Below, piece by piece: positions 11,930 through 24,689 of a stretch of DNA of 64,000 nt; the first letter of the stretch is position 1; each line of letters opens with the position of its first letter. The stretch is from Octopus vulgaris (Eukaryota). Both the position numbers and the translations under genes were made by a program. Location: NCBI GenBank assembly GCA_951406725.2, contig OX597828.1, positions 75,454,001 through 75,518,000 of the forward strand, given 5' to 3'. The notes below the pieces were generated by a model. The model made no database searches. It had not been told where the DNA came from and saw only the letters and a list, made by a program, of their open reading frames with translations.

Positions 11930-12091
11930 GAGTGGCTGCGAGGCAAAGAAGCTTGCTTTCCAACCACATAGTTCCGGGTTCAGTCCTAATGTGTGGCACC
12001 TTGGACAAGTGTTTTCTACTATACTCTAGGCCGACCAAAGCTTTGTGAGTGGATTTGGTAGACGGAAACTGAAAGAAGTCCGTCGTATATA

Positions 12092-12147
<56 letters not shown>

Positions 12148-12360
12148 CATATGTATACCTGAGTGTGTGCACGTGCGAGCGTTATGTTTGTCTAACAACT
12201 ACTACTTGGTTTCTTTACGTCCCCGTAACAGTTTGGTTGGCAAAAGAGACCGATAGAATAAGTACTAGGCTTTACAAAAAGTACTTGGTGTCGATACATT
12301 CGACCAAGTTTCGCCAAGGCGGTACCTCAGCATGGCTGCCGTCTAATGACTGAAACAAGT
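11930..12360 (+). mobile_element. SINE family A, near full length
   Basis: Head with gggttcagtcc B box, core, internal (TA)n after gaagtccgtcg, 3' ggcggtacctcagcatggctgccgtctaatgactgaaac. Confidence 0.9.
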
Positions 12361-12383
12361 ACACACACACACACATATATATT

Positions 12384-12440
<57 letters not shown>

Positions 12441-12467
12441 AAGAAAGAGATAGAGAGTGAGAGATAG

Positions 12468-12520
<53 letters not shown>

Positions 12521-13486
12521 AATAGTTATTTATCCAAATAAGTGGAGGAATAGAAAAAAGATCTTGAAAACGCACAGAGAATATATTAAAATTAATTTGA
12601 ATTTAATTAAATTTTAAAATATATGATTAAACCATACCGGTTTCACATTAGATTTTGAAGTGTATACCATATGGAACTATTTCACAAATTATATCAATTC
12701 CGACCGTTGTTATATATATTTTTATAGCATCTGTTTATTTATAACATTTGTTTTTAAAGTCAGTGTGTATATAATGCCTGTATATTTTAAATGTTCTTTA
12801 TGTTTGTTTATAATGTCTCTTTATAATATCAGTTTAATTTATAACATCTGCTATTTATAATGTCTATTTATACATATACCTGTATATTTATAGCGCCGGT
12901 ATGTTTATAGCGTCTTAACTATATCTGCTATTTATAACCTTTATGCATGAGCTCTGTTTGTGCATATCTATAATCATTATAAATCGCATGTAAGTATTGC
13001 GTTTGTATAGTTACGATGTCTGTTTATTATAACATCTCTCCATTTATAATATCTACATGGTTATTAAAGTTATGAATGTAATGTAGTCATCTACCATCCT
13101 TTCAATATCTTTACTAACTCAATCTGATCTTTGTTCTTATCTCCAAGAGTATCAGTTTTCTGAAAAAGCAAAAGAGCGCATCCTTTTACCGTTTATTCAG
13201 GTAGAGAAGCACAGAACTGGGTGTTATTTCTATTCCAAGTCCCTCCGAAAGTGGAAGGCACAAATTCATTCTAAATCGGAGATCAGGCTCAAATACTAAA
13301 ACAAAAGGAATTCTGCTGAAGACAGCCAAGTACCATGTGGTGGTGTGCAACCAGTCTCTAACATATTAAGCCAACCACTGAATAATTCACACCTCAAACA
13401 GATGGAATATATGCTGCGAGAAGACATTCCTGTCTCTCGCTGTGGCATCTGTCAAGTCGTCACTTGGTCTCACATACAAACAATAA

Positions 13487-13677
13487 CATGCCGGACAAAA
13501 TGCTTAGCGGCATTTCGTCCATCTTTACGTTCTGCGTTCAAATTCTGCCGAGGTCGACTTAACCTTTCATTCTTGAACACTGGTCAATAAGTCGATGTTA
13601 TTAACTTATCCTTTCCCACCGAAATTGCTGGCCTTGTGCCAAAGTTATTTATCATTATTATTATTATCATTATTATT
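13487..13677 (+). mobile_element. SINE family B, slightly 5'-truncated, with (TTA)n tail
   Basis: catgccggacaaaatgcttagcggcatttcg...gttcaaattctgccgaggtcgac...ggccttgtgccaaag. Confidence 0.8.
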
Positions 13678-13937
13678 CCTTCGTAACAGAGTGTAGGTAA
13701 AAATGCACCGGAGTCTTTAGTCCTCTGTCAAGTCACAACAAGGACCTCAGACAGATAATACTTTCTTGAAGATGTGCGCTGTGCCCGTTAAGGCTGCTTT
13801 TTGAAGGACATCAATCTTGCATGGGATTTCCAGTTGCCTTAAGGAGTCTTAAAATTTCAATGGCATTGAGCCCAACTCTCCGATCACCACTGGTATCACT
13901 TTTACAATTACCCTCTCGCATTCCATACAGTGTTGCC
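13678..13937 (-). mobile_element. R4/Dong-like retrotransposon 3' fragment (second subfamily)
   Basis: Minus translation VKVIPVVIGELGSMPLKF*DSLRQLEIPCKIDVLQKAALTGTAHIFKKVLSV* (stop 13747-13749), short 3' UTR, TAA-type repeats on both sides. Confidence 0.85.
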
Positions 13938-14173
13938 TATTATTATCATCATTATTTGTAGTAGTAGTAGTAGTAGTATTACCAGAGAGGGAAGAACGAT
14001 TGCGTTGATCTCAGTACTTAACTAGCACTTAATTTTATCGTATCCCGAAAAGGGGACAAATAGGGCAAAGTTGACCTGTACGTTATTTGAAGTCAGAGCA
14101 GAAAAGCCGGAAGAAGTGCCACTCAGCATTTTGCTCAACGTGCTAACGAATCTGACAACAAATTATCATTATA

Positions 14174-14585
14174 GGCACAGGAGTGGCTGTGTGGTAAGTA
14201 GCTTGCTTACCAACCACACGGTTCCGGGTTCAGTCCCACTGTGTGGCACTTTGGGCAAGTGTCTTCTACTATAGCGTCGGGCCGACCAAAAGCCTTGTGA
14301 GTGGATTTGGTAGATAGAAACTGAAAGAAGCCCGTCGTATATATATGTATATATATATATATGGGTATGTGTTTGCGTGTCTGTGTTTGTCCCCCCAGCA
14401 TCGCTTGACAACCGATGCTCGCGTGTTTACGTCTCCCGTAACTTAGCAGTTCGGCAAAAGAATTCGATAGAATAAGTACTAGGCTTCCAAAGAATAAGTC
14501 CTGGAGTCGATTTGCTCGACTAAAGGTGGTGCTCCAGTATGGCCGCAGTCAAATGACTGAAACAAGTAAAAGAGTAAAAGAGAGT
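14174..14585 (+). mobile_element. SINE family A, full-length reference copy (tRNA head, CORE-like domain, internal microsatellite, LINE-like tail)
   Basis: A box gtggctgtgtggtaag, B box gggttcagtccc, ggcactttgggcaagtgtctt resembling CORE gaccttgggcaagtcactt, and a terminal (GTAAAAGA)2 tail. Confidence 0.92.
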
Positions 14586-14598
14586 ATTATTATTATTA

Positions 14599-14649
<51 letters not shown>

Positions 14650-15744
14650 CAGACAAATGCAGTGTTGATTTAATCGACTGCACCCTAGAAGTCTCTAACC
14701 TTATGCCAGTGTCAACAATCAAGGCTAAAAAATAGTAGTGTTTAATATTTAAAATAATAATAATTATAACTTGTCTATATGAGTAAACGCAATTATCTCA
14801 CCTTATGTTTCTTAAAAACATTTGCATTTACAGTGTTATATGCTCGGAATTTATTCGCCCTTTACTGACGACTACTGAATATTCAATATTTATTTAGGCT
14901 AGGCTGACATTTTTCTATTTGAGTCTTTATTCTTAGTCAGACACAGAGAATCAATGAATTTATAATACGCAAATGATTCTCACTAACTCCATCCTTCTCC
15001 GATAATGCCGATATATTGATGACCAAGCAGTTTGTAAAGTGGCCTTGAACCAATGAATGCACGAGTAATCGAACAAGTCTGTCTTCCATATGATAATTCT
15101 TTATCCCCTTCTTTATTTCTTTCTCTCTCTTTTACTCTCCTTCGATATAAATATACATCCCCTTCTCTCTCTCCCCCCCCTCTCGCTGTCTTCCCCACAT
15201 ACGTATTTTCTATTCCAAAGCAACAAAAATGATAGTGAATAAGAATAATGGCTGACAACGTGGAGTTTGATTTTGATGTTGTTGTTGATGTTATTGTTCG
15301 TCGTTTGTGTTCTTTACTTGAATCGACGCGGGAATAGTGGTAGTTGTGGTGGTAGTGATGTTTATTGATGTGGTGGTTGTCTTTTTATAATTTTAAAACC
15401 CCAGGCTGTTCTTGATCGTACGGATCTATGATTTAAAGTATTTCCGGTCGCTACGGTCACGTGTTTTATTTTCAAGCAGTGAATTACGTCAGCCAATATT
15501 TTTCTAATATATTAAAAAGTAACGAGTAAATAATGGGATATTCGGCTGCTATAATCAGTTGGTTCCCCGAAATAGTTACTGGTATCATTTCTATAATAAT
15601 ACAACCTTAAAGGAATAAATTGAGCTGAGCCCTTCTCCCTTAACAAAATATCTTCAAACTATAAATATATATGTGTATATGTATATATTAATAAAAAAAT
15701 AAATAAAAAAAGAAGGAAGAAAAAAGACAAGAAAAAACAACAGC

Positions 15745-15890
15745 GCGAGCACGTGATACATGTCAAGTATTAATAAGACGCTCAGAGAAGGAAAGAAAGA
15801 GTGGTTGTTTTACATTTCGAGCAAAGCTCTTCTTCGGAAACTAAAGACATAGGAAAGTCCAAAACAACAAAAACAAAATAACAATAAAGC
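15745..15890 (-). mobile_element. Penelope-like hammerhead-bearing short repeat
   Basis: Shares aagtatta...agacgctcaga.aaggaaagaaag...ttttac.tttcgagcaaagctcttcttc.gaaac...agac...aagtccaa with 24735-24830. Confidence 0.6.
15807..15841 (-). ncRNA. Minimal hammerhead motif, mutated core (CCGAAGA; GAAAT)
   Basis: Minus strand GTTT CCGAAGA A GAGC-TTT-GCTC GAAAT GTA AAAC; two substitutions relative to 24774-24808. Confidence 0.55.
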
Positions 15891-15944
15891 ATATTCCAAC
15901 TGAATTTAAATTGGTTCTTTTGGTGTGGTTTAGCATCAACAGAG

Positions 15945-16192
15945 GCTGGCGTGGCTTTGAGGTAAAAAGTTTATTTCTAACTACATGGTTCCAAGCTTAG
16001 CCCCAGAGCGTGGTACCTTGGACAGCTGTCTTCTACTATAGCCCCAGGTCGAACAAAGCCTTGTGAGTGGATTTTGTAGAACGAAACTGAAAGAAGCCCG
16101 CCGTATATATGCATGTATGTATGTATATATATATGTGTGTGTGTATATATATATATATACATTTATATATATACATATATATATATATATAC

Positions 16193-16258
<66 letters not shown>

Positions 16259-16482
16259 ACATGTGTGTGTGAATGTATCTGCTGTTACCACCACTGCTTG
16301 ATAACCGGTATTGGTTTGTTTACGTTCCCGTAAATTAGCGGTTTGGCAAAAGAAATCTATAGAATAAGTACCATGCTTAAAAAATGAATAAATCCCGGGG
16401 TCAATCCGTTCCACTAAAATTCTTCAAAGGAAAGCCCCAGAATGGCCGCAGTCCAATGATTAAAACAAGTAAATGATAAAAG
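15945..16482 (+). mobile_element. SINE family A, diverged, with expanded internal (TA)n
   Basis: Core ggtaccttggacagctgtcttctactatagcc, gaaactgaaagaagcccgccg, about 165 bp of microsatellite, 3' atggccgcagtccaatgattaaaacaagt. Confidence 0.85.
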
Positions 16483-19400
16483 ACCATATCGTCCCGACCC
16501 CCAGCAGATTTTTGGCTGAATGTATCCCTGTTTGCAGATATATCTTGGACTACATTGTCCCTTTTACTTTTGGGTCGTAACTGATGAGGTCACTATTTGG
16601 GAGGGATTTGGTTGCTATTTCTTGCAGGCTGATTGATTGCCTAGAGATTTTCTAGTTAGTCTGGCTTTTAATTCTTCATATGCCGCTAAGATATCATCTG
16701 TCACTGATATATTGAGATCAATATCAATCGATATTAAACACATGATGTTCGATATTGGCCTTTCTTGCCAAACAGAAAAACAAATGATTTTCATATTATA
16801 TAATTGTATTTATTGTATATAGGATGTAGTGAACATTAGCGTCGTTGCTTATAGGTTTACAACATATAGCATATCATTGGTTTACTGTATTTATGCAGTC
16901 GACAGGAACAGTGAAGTATCTGTAATTAGTTGCAGCACAAATAACACGAAGGTCTGCTCTGCATTCGTAAGGTAAATTTTTTTGTCTTTCGCTCAAAGCC
17001 AACAGTGAAACGTACGCGCGCGCACACACATATATAAACTCCAGTTACGTCGCGGAATATAACTATGGAATTTCACACTTAATGGAATTGCGAAGTATCA
17101 CCAATAATCCATAGTTTTGGCATAAGGTTTGTAATATTGCCTTTCCAGAACCTCGGGGACAAATTCTAATACTTTTTCAGACGAAAATCACGATGCGTAA
17201 ACGGGAATAAACCTAATCTCTTTTTCTAGAAATAATATATATTTGATGTGACATTTTAGTCGCCGACCTCGTCATTTCTTGTCTCAATTCCCTGCATCTT
17301 TTTGTCGTTTATAACCAAAATGATTTCATTGTTTAAATTTATTTTTATCATTCAAACTGTTTTCATTCCTCTCAATATCCTGGGTCGCAGCTATTCGCTC
17401 CTTTTTTCCGCAACACCTTGTTTCTGTGTGCGCCAATTCAACTGACCTAGCTTTTCTGATGAAGTTTAATAATTCAAGACTTCCTTGTATTACAAAATTT
17501 CACATTCATAGACATCACTTCGTTATTTATTTATTTTTTTGCTGTAGTGAACATGGTACACCCTTCCCACGAGACAAGTGGTATGACTGAGTCACTATGA
17601 AGTGAGACGACGTCGACCAGTATGGGGGGATCGTGTGTCAGTCGTTGTAGAGTCGTTGTACGAGTTCTCAGTTGAAGTTGTCAGTTACATGTTATAGTCG
17701 AGTTCGAGTCACAGTCAAAGTAGATGATTCAAAGTTGGTGTCTTGCAGAGCTATCAGACGAAACGGTGTATTACCATTCCGGTATAGAAGAGATACACTG
17801 CATCCGATACCAAAGAAAATATCCTGGCTACAAGAATAGATACAACAGCTACAGCCACAACAGCGGCCATACATTAAAACTGAAAAGCACCACATAACAT
17901 TTTCCTTTCTCACACTTCCGTTCTCACATCTGAAATACTAAAACGAATCCTTTTCACCTAATCTGAATTAAAGATCTTTTGGGATGAGTCTTTAACCTAC
18001 CAAGATGTTACTGTATTTTTATTTATTGCCTAATGCGTTTCTCTTTTAATGTTTTTATGCATTCATATACCTTGTATTTTAAAAACTTGTTATTTCCGTG
18101 AATAAATATAGTTGAATTATCCCCCTCCACCGAAATTCTTATTTTCCGGCTTATAAATCGAATTTTTCCGGGCATTTCCTCTATATACTACTCCGACTTG
18201 TATGACACAAAACGAAATATCGCTACAACATAGATAATCAGTAGAAAATTGCGTTGTAAAATTGCAGATTACTGCCAGCTTTCTAAGAATGCCATATTTT
18301 TGCAATACGAAGTTGTCTGCATATACGATGGGTTTCGTAAAAGTTTCCATCCATTAAAACCCCAGGCACAGTTAATTACGCATCACAAGCTTACGATAGA
18401 ACCACAAGTTCAAAGTGACGCAGAGTGGGATCGAACTCAAATCAGAATTACTTATATTGTAGAAGCGAACTCTTTAACAACACAGCCATGCCTGTACAGA
18501 AGTTTTACCAAGATTAACTTTTCTGATATTACGCTCTTTTCTAAAATTAACAGCAATATAACGGATTTTGGTATTACTGAATATGAATATATTACTCCAC
18601 CGCCACTTTTGTCACCACCATCATCATCATCATCATCAACATTCTCCATCTTTCTATGTGCCCCACTCTCTCTTTATCTTTCCTTTCACTCATTAAATCT
18701 CTCTATCACTCTCAAGTCCTCTCCACCCTCTCTCACTTTCTATTTCCCTCTATCTTAATCACTTTCGTTCTGTCTTTGTCTCTTAAAATCTTTCGCCTTC
18801 TCACCCTCACTCCACCACCTCTTTCTCTTTCTCTTTCTTAATCTCTCGCCCCGCCTCTGTCTCTCACTCTCTTAAAAAACATTAGCCTTGTGTCTAGTCA
18901 AATGAAATCGTTATAGATTTGATAATGTAAAACTAAAGTAAGCTTATTATTGGTGAAGCGACGTAGGGCAGTGAGGCGTGAAATTTAATTCTGATTCTAT
19001 AAAACAACACAAAAAAAGACTACCATTTATCTTTGGTATGAAACCGAATGAAGAAGGACCAAGAGGCTTATAGTTAGCAAGATGGTGGTGATGGTGGTTT
19101 GGCAGTGATGGTGGTTTTAGTGGTTTGGTGGAAATGTGGTTGGGTTGTGGTTCACTGGTTGTAATAGAAGTGGCAGTAATGATGTTAGTGGTGATGTTGG
19201 AAGTGGTAGTATAGGTGATAGTAGTGGTGTGGTGAGACGGTATTAGTAGTAGTATGACTGCAACGTTACCGATGGTGTGATGTTTGTGGTAGTGGTGGTT
19301 AAAGTAGTAGTGCTAAAAGTGGTGTGGTGGTGTGGCGGCAGTAGTATTGTGGTATAATCGTTTGGCTGTTTGGGGCATTGCACTAGTGATGTCGTAGTGG

Positions 19401-19576
19401 ATGATATGTTAAAGAAGACGAGGATTTTCAACTTTCCGAGTCTGTTTGACCGCCATTTTTCAGTAAAACTGACAAAAGTTGATTCAATTTAAAATTCTGC
19501 TAGATTAGCAAATATCTAAGAGATTGTGTTAAGTTAGACATGTCTGTGTATATATGTGTAAATATATATGTGTATG

Positions 19577-19654
<78 letters not shown>

Positions 19655-19959
19655 CGCGTACATGATTATGTCTTTGTATGTATGCGTACATATGTTGTAT
19701 TTCTTCTTATACTAAAAGGGTTAAGTTTGTAAGAAAGAAACCAAACTCCACCTCTGGAATCTAGTTATCAAGAACAACGAGAAGAAAGTTATATTTTAGC
19801 TAAACGACACAATATGGTAATACGAAGAGTAAAGTGGTGTGTATAAGATGCAGTTGAGTAGATATGGTACGTAACCAGCTAAATGGGAAAATCAGAGACT
19901 ATTTTAGTATTTGTGACTGGAATAACAGAGTGAGATGACAGTAAGTCTAAGGGCGGTTT

Positions 19960-20220
19960 TCAATTCTTTCGATGCGTGCCACACTGGGAAAATAGGGATA
20001 TAAATGTTATGAGATGTTATCTTCAGGATTGATAGCAACAAATTGCCTCAAATGGCAAGAATCTTCCTTGGCAGTCTTGCAAAATGCAGGATGGCACTTT
20101 TCTGCCGGTCAATCATATCTGTTTCATTTCCAGTATCCTTCAGCCTCTGAGATAACAGTTTTGATGCTGTGCCAAATGAACCAATTACCTCGGGAATAAT
20201 TGTCATCTTAGTCTTTCACC
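19960..20220 (-). mobile_element. R4/Dong-like retrotransposon 3' fragment (third subfamily)
   Basis: Minus translation KMTIIPEVIGSFGTASKLLSQRLKDTGNETDMIDRQKSAILHFARLPRKILAI* (stop 20048-20050), the same IPVVIGALG...LQK.A.L..A.ILRKVL pattern. Confidence 0.75.
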
Positions 20221-21331
20221 TTCTTCTTCTTCTTCTTCTTCTTCTTCTTCTTCTTCTTCTTCTTCTTCTTCACTACGATTGAGTTACCTAGAATACTCTG
20301 TCACGTTATTTAACACGGAAGGCTAAATATTGAGGAAGAATTTGCTGCTATTTCCAGCATATCTGTTTCTATGTTCCGCAGAAGGACCACTGCTATTATT
20401 ATCCCATCAAAGATTACCATTAAATATCCACATTAAACAGATTATTACACATAATAGTTTCAATTAAATCTTTCCACCCCGTTGAAATTATCAACAAATT
20501 AAATTAATGTTGTTGTTGCTGTTTAATCACTTATTAGTCCTAACTGAGATCAATAATTAATGCATTCCAATCACGAGCACCTCATTTTATTTTCATATAT
20601 TGTTCATCTAAAGAACTTCCTGCAATTCAGTGTGTCTATCATTTCCAAAGATAGTAGTGTGAGATTTGAAGAATATTTGGCTACTATCTCTAGCGTGTCT
20701 AGTTGGTATGTGGAGCTCTATCCATTGGCTCATAAAAAGATGAATTAATTGATAATCAAGAGATTGCTGTTAAGTGATAGTAATTCAATCACTTATCCTA
20801 ATCCGTTAATCTCTCATACAGATTAGTATGAATCCAACAGATAAAACTCCTGTAGCAAATTAAACTGATCATTGAAGACAATCTCGTCCCTAATATTTTA
20901 TTTGATTTAGTAAATTCACAGGTGTATTGCGCACGTATAGCTGTGTGGTTAAATGCAATTTGTTTTGTCCGAGGCATCAGGCATATAAAAATCTGTTGTA
21001 TATGTGGCTGGGCAATTCACATACTGAAATCGGTTGAATGACGAATCTCTCTCACATAAGATAACTACTTGATTTTATTCCAATGCTAGGGCCCTAAAGC
21101 TGTGTAGCGTGTGGAGAAATCGCTTTTCGTAGCTGTGTTTCTTGGACAGGCTAGGCTGGTAGAATTACCGTACCTATAGAGTTCATCACGAGCCGGCCAT
21201 ATTGTCCGTTGGCACAGCCAAAGATGTCCATACGTTGTCCATTATCTTCGGGCTGCACTAATATCACACAACACTACTATACAAAATATGCACGGAACAT
21301 AATTAATATTCAACAACATATTAGAACTTAT

Positions 21332-21372
<41 letters not shown>

Positions 21373-21651
21373 TGACTACTTCCAAATACTAGGACACATC
21401 CCTGTCACAACAAATACGAAACACAATCACCACTCAACAAAACATACTAGACAGAACATAGTTTAGCCAAAACAACAGAGAAAACATTAAAATAGCACCA
21501 GAAACAGCTCAACATGCCTTGCCACTAACTAAAACTAATGTTGTGTACAAATACAGCTCCAAAACAGTAAATTTCGATGCTGCACACACCTCAGGAACAT
21601 AGAGGTGCACTTTATGGTGCAGTAAAAACGCACATTAAGCTGATAAAACAT

Positions 21652-21735
<84 letters not shown>

Positions 21736-22208
21736 TAATAATAATGATAATAATAATAATAATAATAGTGGTTGTAATTATAATTTTGGTCTATAATTAA
21801 AATATCCGGTTGAAATTTGTTGCAGAAGTAAAGTAAAACATCACAACAGCTTAATTTCCATTTCCCTTTGAATTTTTGACTCTGAGTTTTTAAAAAAATG
21901 TTTAATCGCTAACTTTTACCATTTCACTGCTCTTTGTTCTGTGATAAATTTCAAAAACAAAAACCATCTTCGTTTAACACTCTTCTCAATTTATTAATAA
22001 TGAATATATTTTACTACTCCAGCTTGCTTCGACCTCCACAAAAATCAATTATTTTCCTTTCATTCATTAATAATAAATCCAAAGATTTTAAAGATTACTT
22101 TTTTTCTTCAAAATTTTTCAAAATTTATTTTCGTTTCCCCTATATTCTAATTTTCCAAACATCATTTTCTTTTAGTTATATTTGTTGTAGCTTAAATCTT
22201 TATATTTA

Positions 22209-22259
<51 letters not shown>

Positions 22260-23787
22260 GATCAACATATAATTTTTTCTTTGTTTGTGTTCTGTTTCAT
22301 AGATATATTTATTAAAGTCCGCATTTAACCCTCTATCACAGATAATACTTTATACAGTTCTTGATAAAGTTGGAAGAGGTTTTTATTTGGTTTCCTCGCT
22401 TTAATGTTTTCATATTTATTTCGCATACATCATTCATAAAATCTGCTTCTAATATTTTAAATGAGGCCTTTTCCCAGCACCTTTGTCCTTAATGGAATTT
22501 ATAGTACTGCGCATATTTTTAATATCGGACACCTTTCCTCATTGTTTCATGCGTATAAAAGAGGATTATGTGTATTTAGAAATAAAACTTCGTTTGGTTG
22601 CAATAGTTATACTTTATTATTGTATATATTTGGATGAAAGAGCAGCATGTGTGCATCGATGTATGCTTCTCTTTCTCCAACTCTGTGCGTGTCCGTTCAT
22701 TGCGTTGTCGACAATAAAATATTAATCGTTCTCTCAGCTTTATGACAAGCTATCTTTTCCCTCATTAATTGTGTGTGTGCGTGTTTTGCGTGCATGTATC
22801 TATGAATGTTTGCATTTATGTATGTATGTATGTATGTATGTATGTATGTATGTATGTACATATTTATGTATGTACGTGTGTATGTATGTATGTATATATT
22901 TATGTATGTACGTGTGTATAGAAAGGTTATTGAAAGTAGAATTTCACACAGTTTATGTACAGCAACGCTTATTGTTTTGCCATAAAAATAGATTCCTAGA
23001 CGCGGCAGAGCCTCGGGCAAACTAAATATGTGGTCTTTAGTTACGTCCAAATATATTTGTGAGTTCAAATCTCGCTCAGATTAACGTTAGCTTTTATTCT
23101 TCTGTGGTTAATAAAACAGAGGAGTCATCGAGCTATTGTGGAAACCTTAATAGGTTGTTTCCAGCCTTCTTCTAATTTTCTGTGACTATATTAGCAGAAA
23201 CATCTGTAAAATTATATCACTGATTGTATAAATGCCTTTCCAATAGGGCTTTTGGTTTAAAAGAATGAAATCCGGACGATATCAAGAAACTGCTCAAGAC
23301 CCTTCCTAAAAACGCGATGAGGTTGTAAAATGAGGGTTTCATGCTAGTAATGGACACTGATACACAACCAATGTTTGATCCTTTCTCTCAAAAGTAGTAT
23401 CTACTAAAGTGCGTACGTATATTCATACGCACACGATGCGAAAGTAATAAGTGTGTGTGTGTGTGTGTGTGTGTGTATGTAAGCATATGAATTATATGTA
23501 TAGGATGGACTCGAAGACAACGCATGAGTATTAAGATTATGCCGAACGACCTGCAGAAATGATTTGTTTATAGTGATCGAATGTGTGCACCATATATTAG
23601 TTCACTCCCTCTATCAAATCGATGTTGCCTGAACAGGTGCTCGGTGAATCACGCGTCGTGAGATGAAATGATTTGCTCAACAACACAATGTGTCACCCAG
23701 TCTAGGATTTGAAACCACGTTTGTAAGATCGTGATTGTAATAACCTAACCACTAGGCTATGCGTCCTAGTGGTTATGGTATATATAT

Positions 23788-24229
23788 ATGGAGAGAAGAC
23801 GGGAGAGGTATGCAGTAATATATGTCTGGAAGATCCTGGAAGGAATTGTGCCAAATTTTGGCATTGAAAGCTACCCCAATGCCAGAACAGCACGACACTG
23901 CATAGTAACAAAGATCTCAGCAATGCCATCACGCTTCAGGACCAGTTACTGCAACAGCCTGGGTTTCAAGGGCCCACAGCTTTTTAATATTCTCCCAAAG
24001 AGTCTGAGGAACTTGCACAAAGTAGATGTAGCGGTTTTTAAATCAAAGCTGGACATCTTCCTGTCGAGAGTCCCAGATGAACCTACATCACGGCAAGAGG
24101 TGCAAATGAGAGTAGCTATATCAAACTCTTCATCAAGTGCCACATATTGGAGGATGCTCTTAGTAATAACAGTGTAGCGCAAAACGGCGGTGCATCAGCA
24201 TGGCCACAGCTCTGAGCTGAAACTTAAAA

Positions 24230-24230
<1 letters not shown>
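23788..24230 (+). mobile_element. CR1/L2-group LINE, 5'-truncated ORF2 C-terminus plus 3' tail
   Basis: ERRRERYAVIYVWKILEGIVPN...NSLGFKGPQLFNILPKSLRN...VFKSKLDIFLSRVPDEP is the typical post-RT C-terminus (LERRR...KI..G, N.LP, FK..LD). The ATG comes from the flanking (TA)n. Confidence 0.85.
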
Positions 24231-24280
<50 letters not shown>

Positions 24281-24281
<1 letters not shown>

Positions 24282-24664
24282 TAGCAGTATCGCCCGGCGT
24301 TGCTCAGGTTTGTAAGGGAAATAACTATAAAGCATTTTTAGAGAGTTATAGCCAAAAAATAGCAAAAAAATGGAAAAAAAATGATGGTAAATTTTTTGAG
24401 AGTTAAAAAAGGTGGAGTTGCGTCCCCTAGACGGTCTGTGGTTTGGGTTTCTGATTCTCGACCCCATGTCGAATTTATCGATTTTTTTTCAGAACTGGGG
24501 GAACTTTTCAAAATTTTCGCTGCGTTAGTTTTGAATTATGACATTGGGCTATGTGTGTGTCAAGTTTCATCGGAATCGGTTGAAAGCCGTGGTCAGAGTG
24601 AGGGTACGAGAAAACAGACACACAGAAACACGCACAGACAAACTGCCGTTTATATAGAGAGAGA
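24281..24664 (-). mobile_element. Non-autonomous Helitron (alternative 5' end)
   Basis: Minus strand a|TCTCTCTCTATATAAAC...cctgagcaacgccggg hairpin-cgatactgCTAG|t, inserted at A/T with no TSD. The 3' ~115 bp match 62808 onward. Confidence 0.85.
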
Positions 24665-24689
24665 TATATCTATATATATATATATACAC

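Noticed and set aside
14174-14250. tRNA genes at SINE heads
   Set aside because: A and B boxes are present, but there is no complete cloverleaf and the sequence continues into SINE body.
14975-15090. Possible minus-strand first exon MEDRLVRLLVHSLVQGHF...
   Set aside because: Short, with a weak donor (gtgaga), no homology and no partner exon found.
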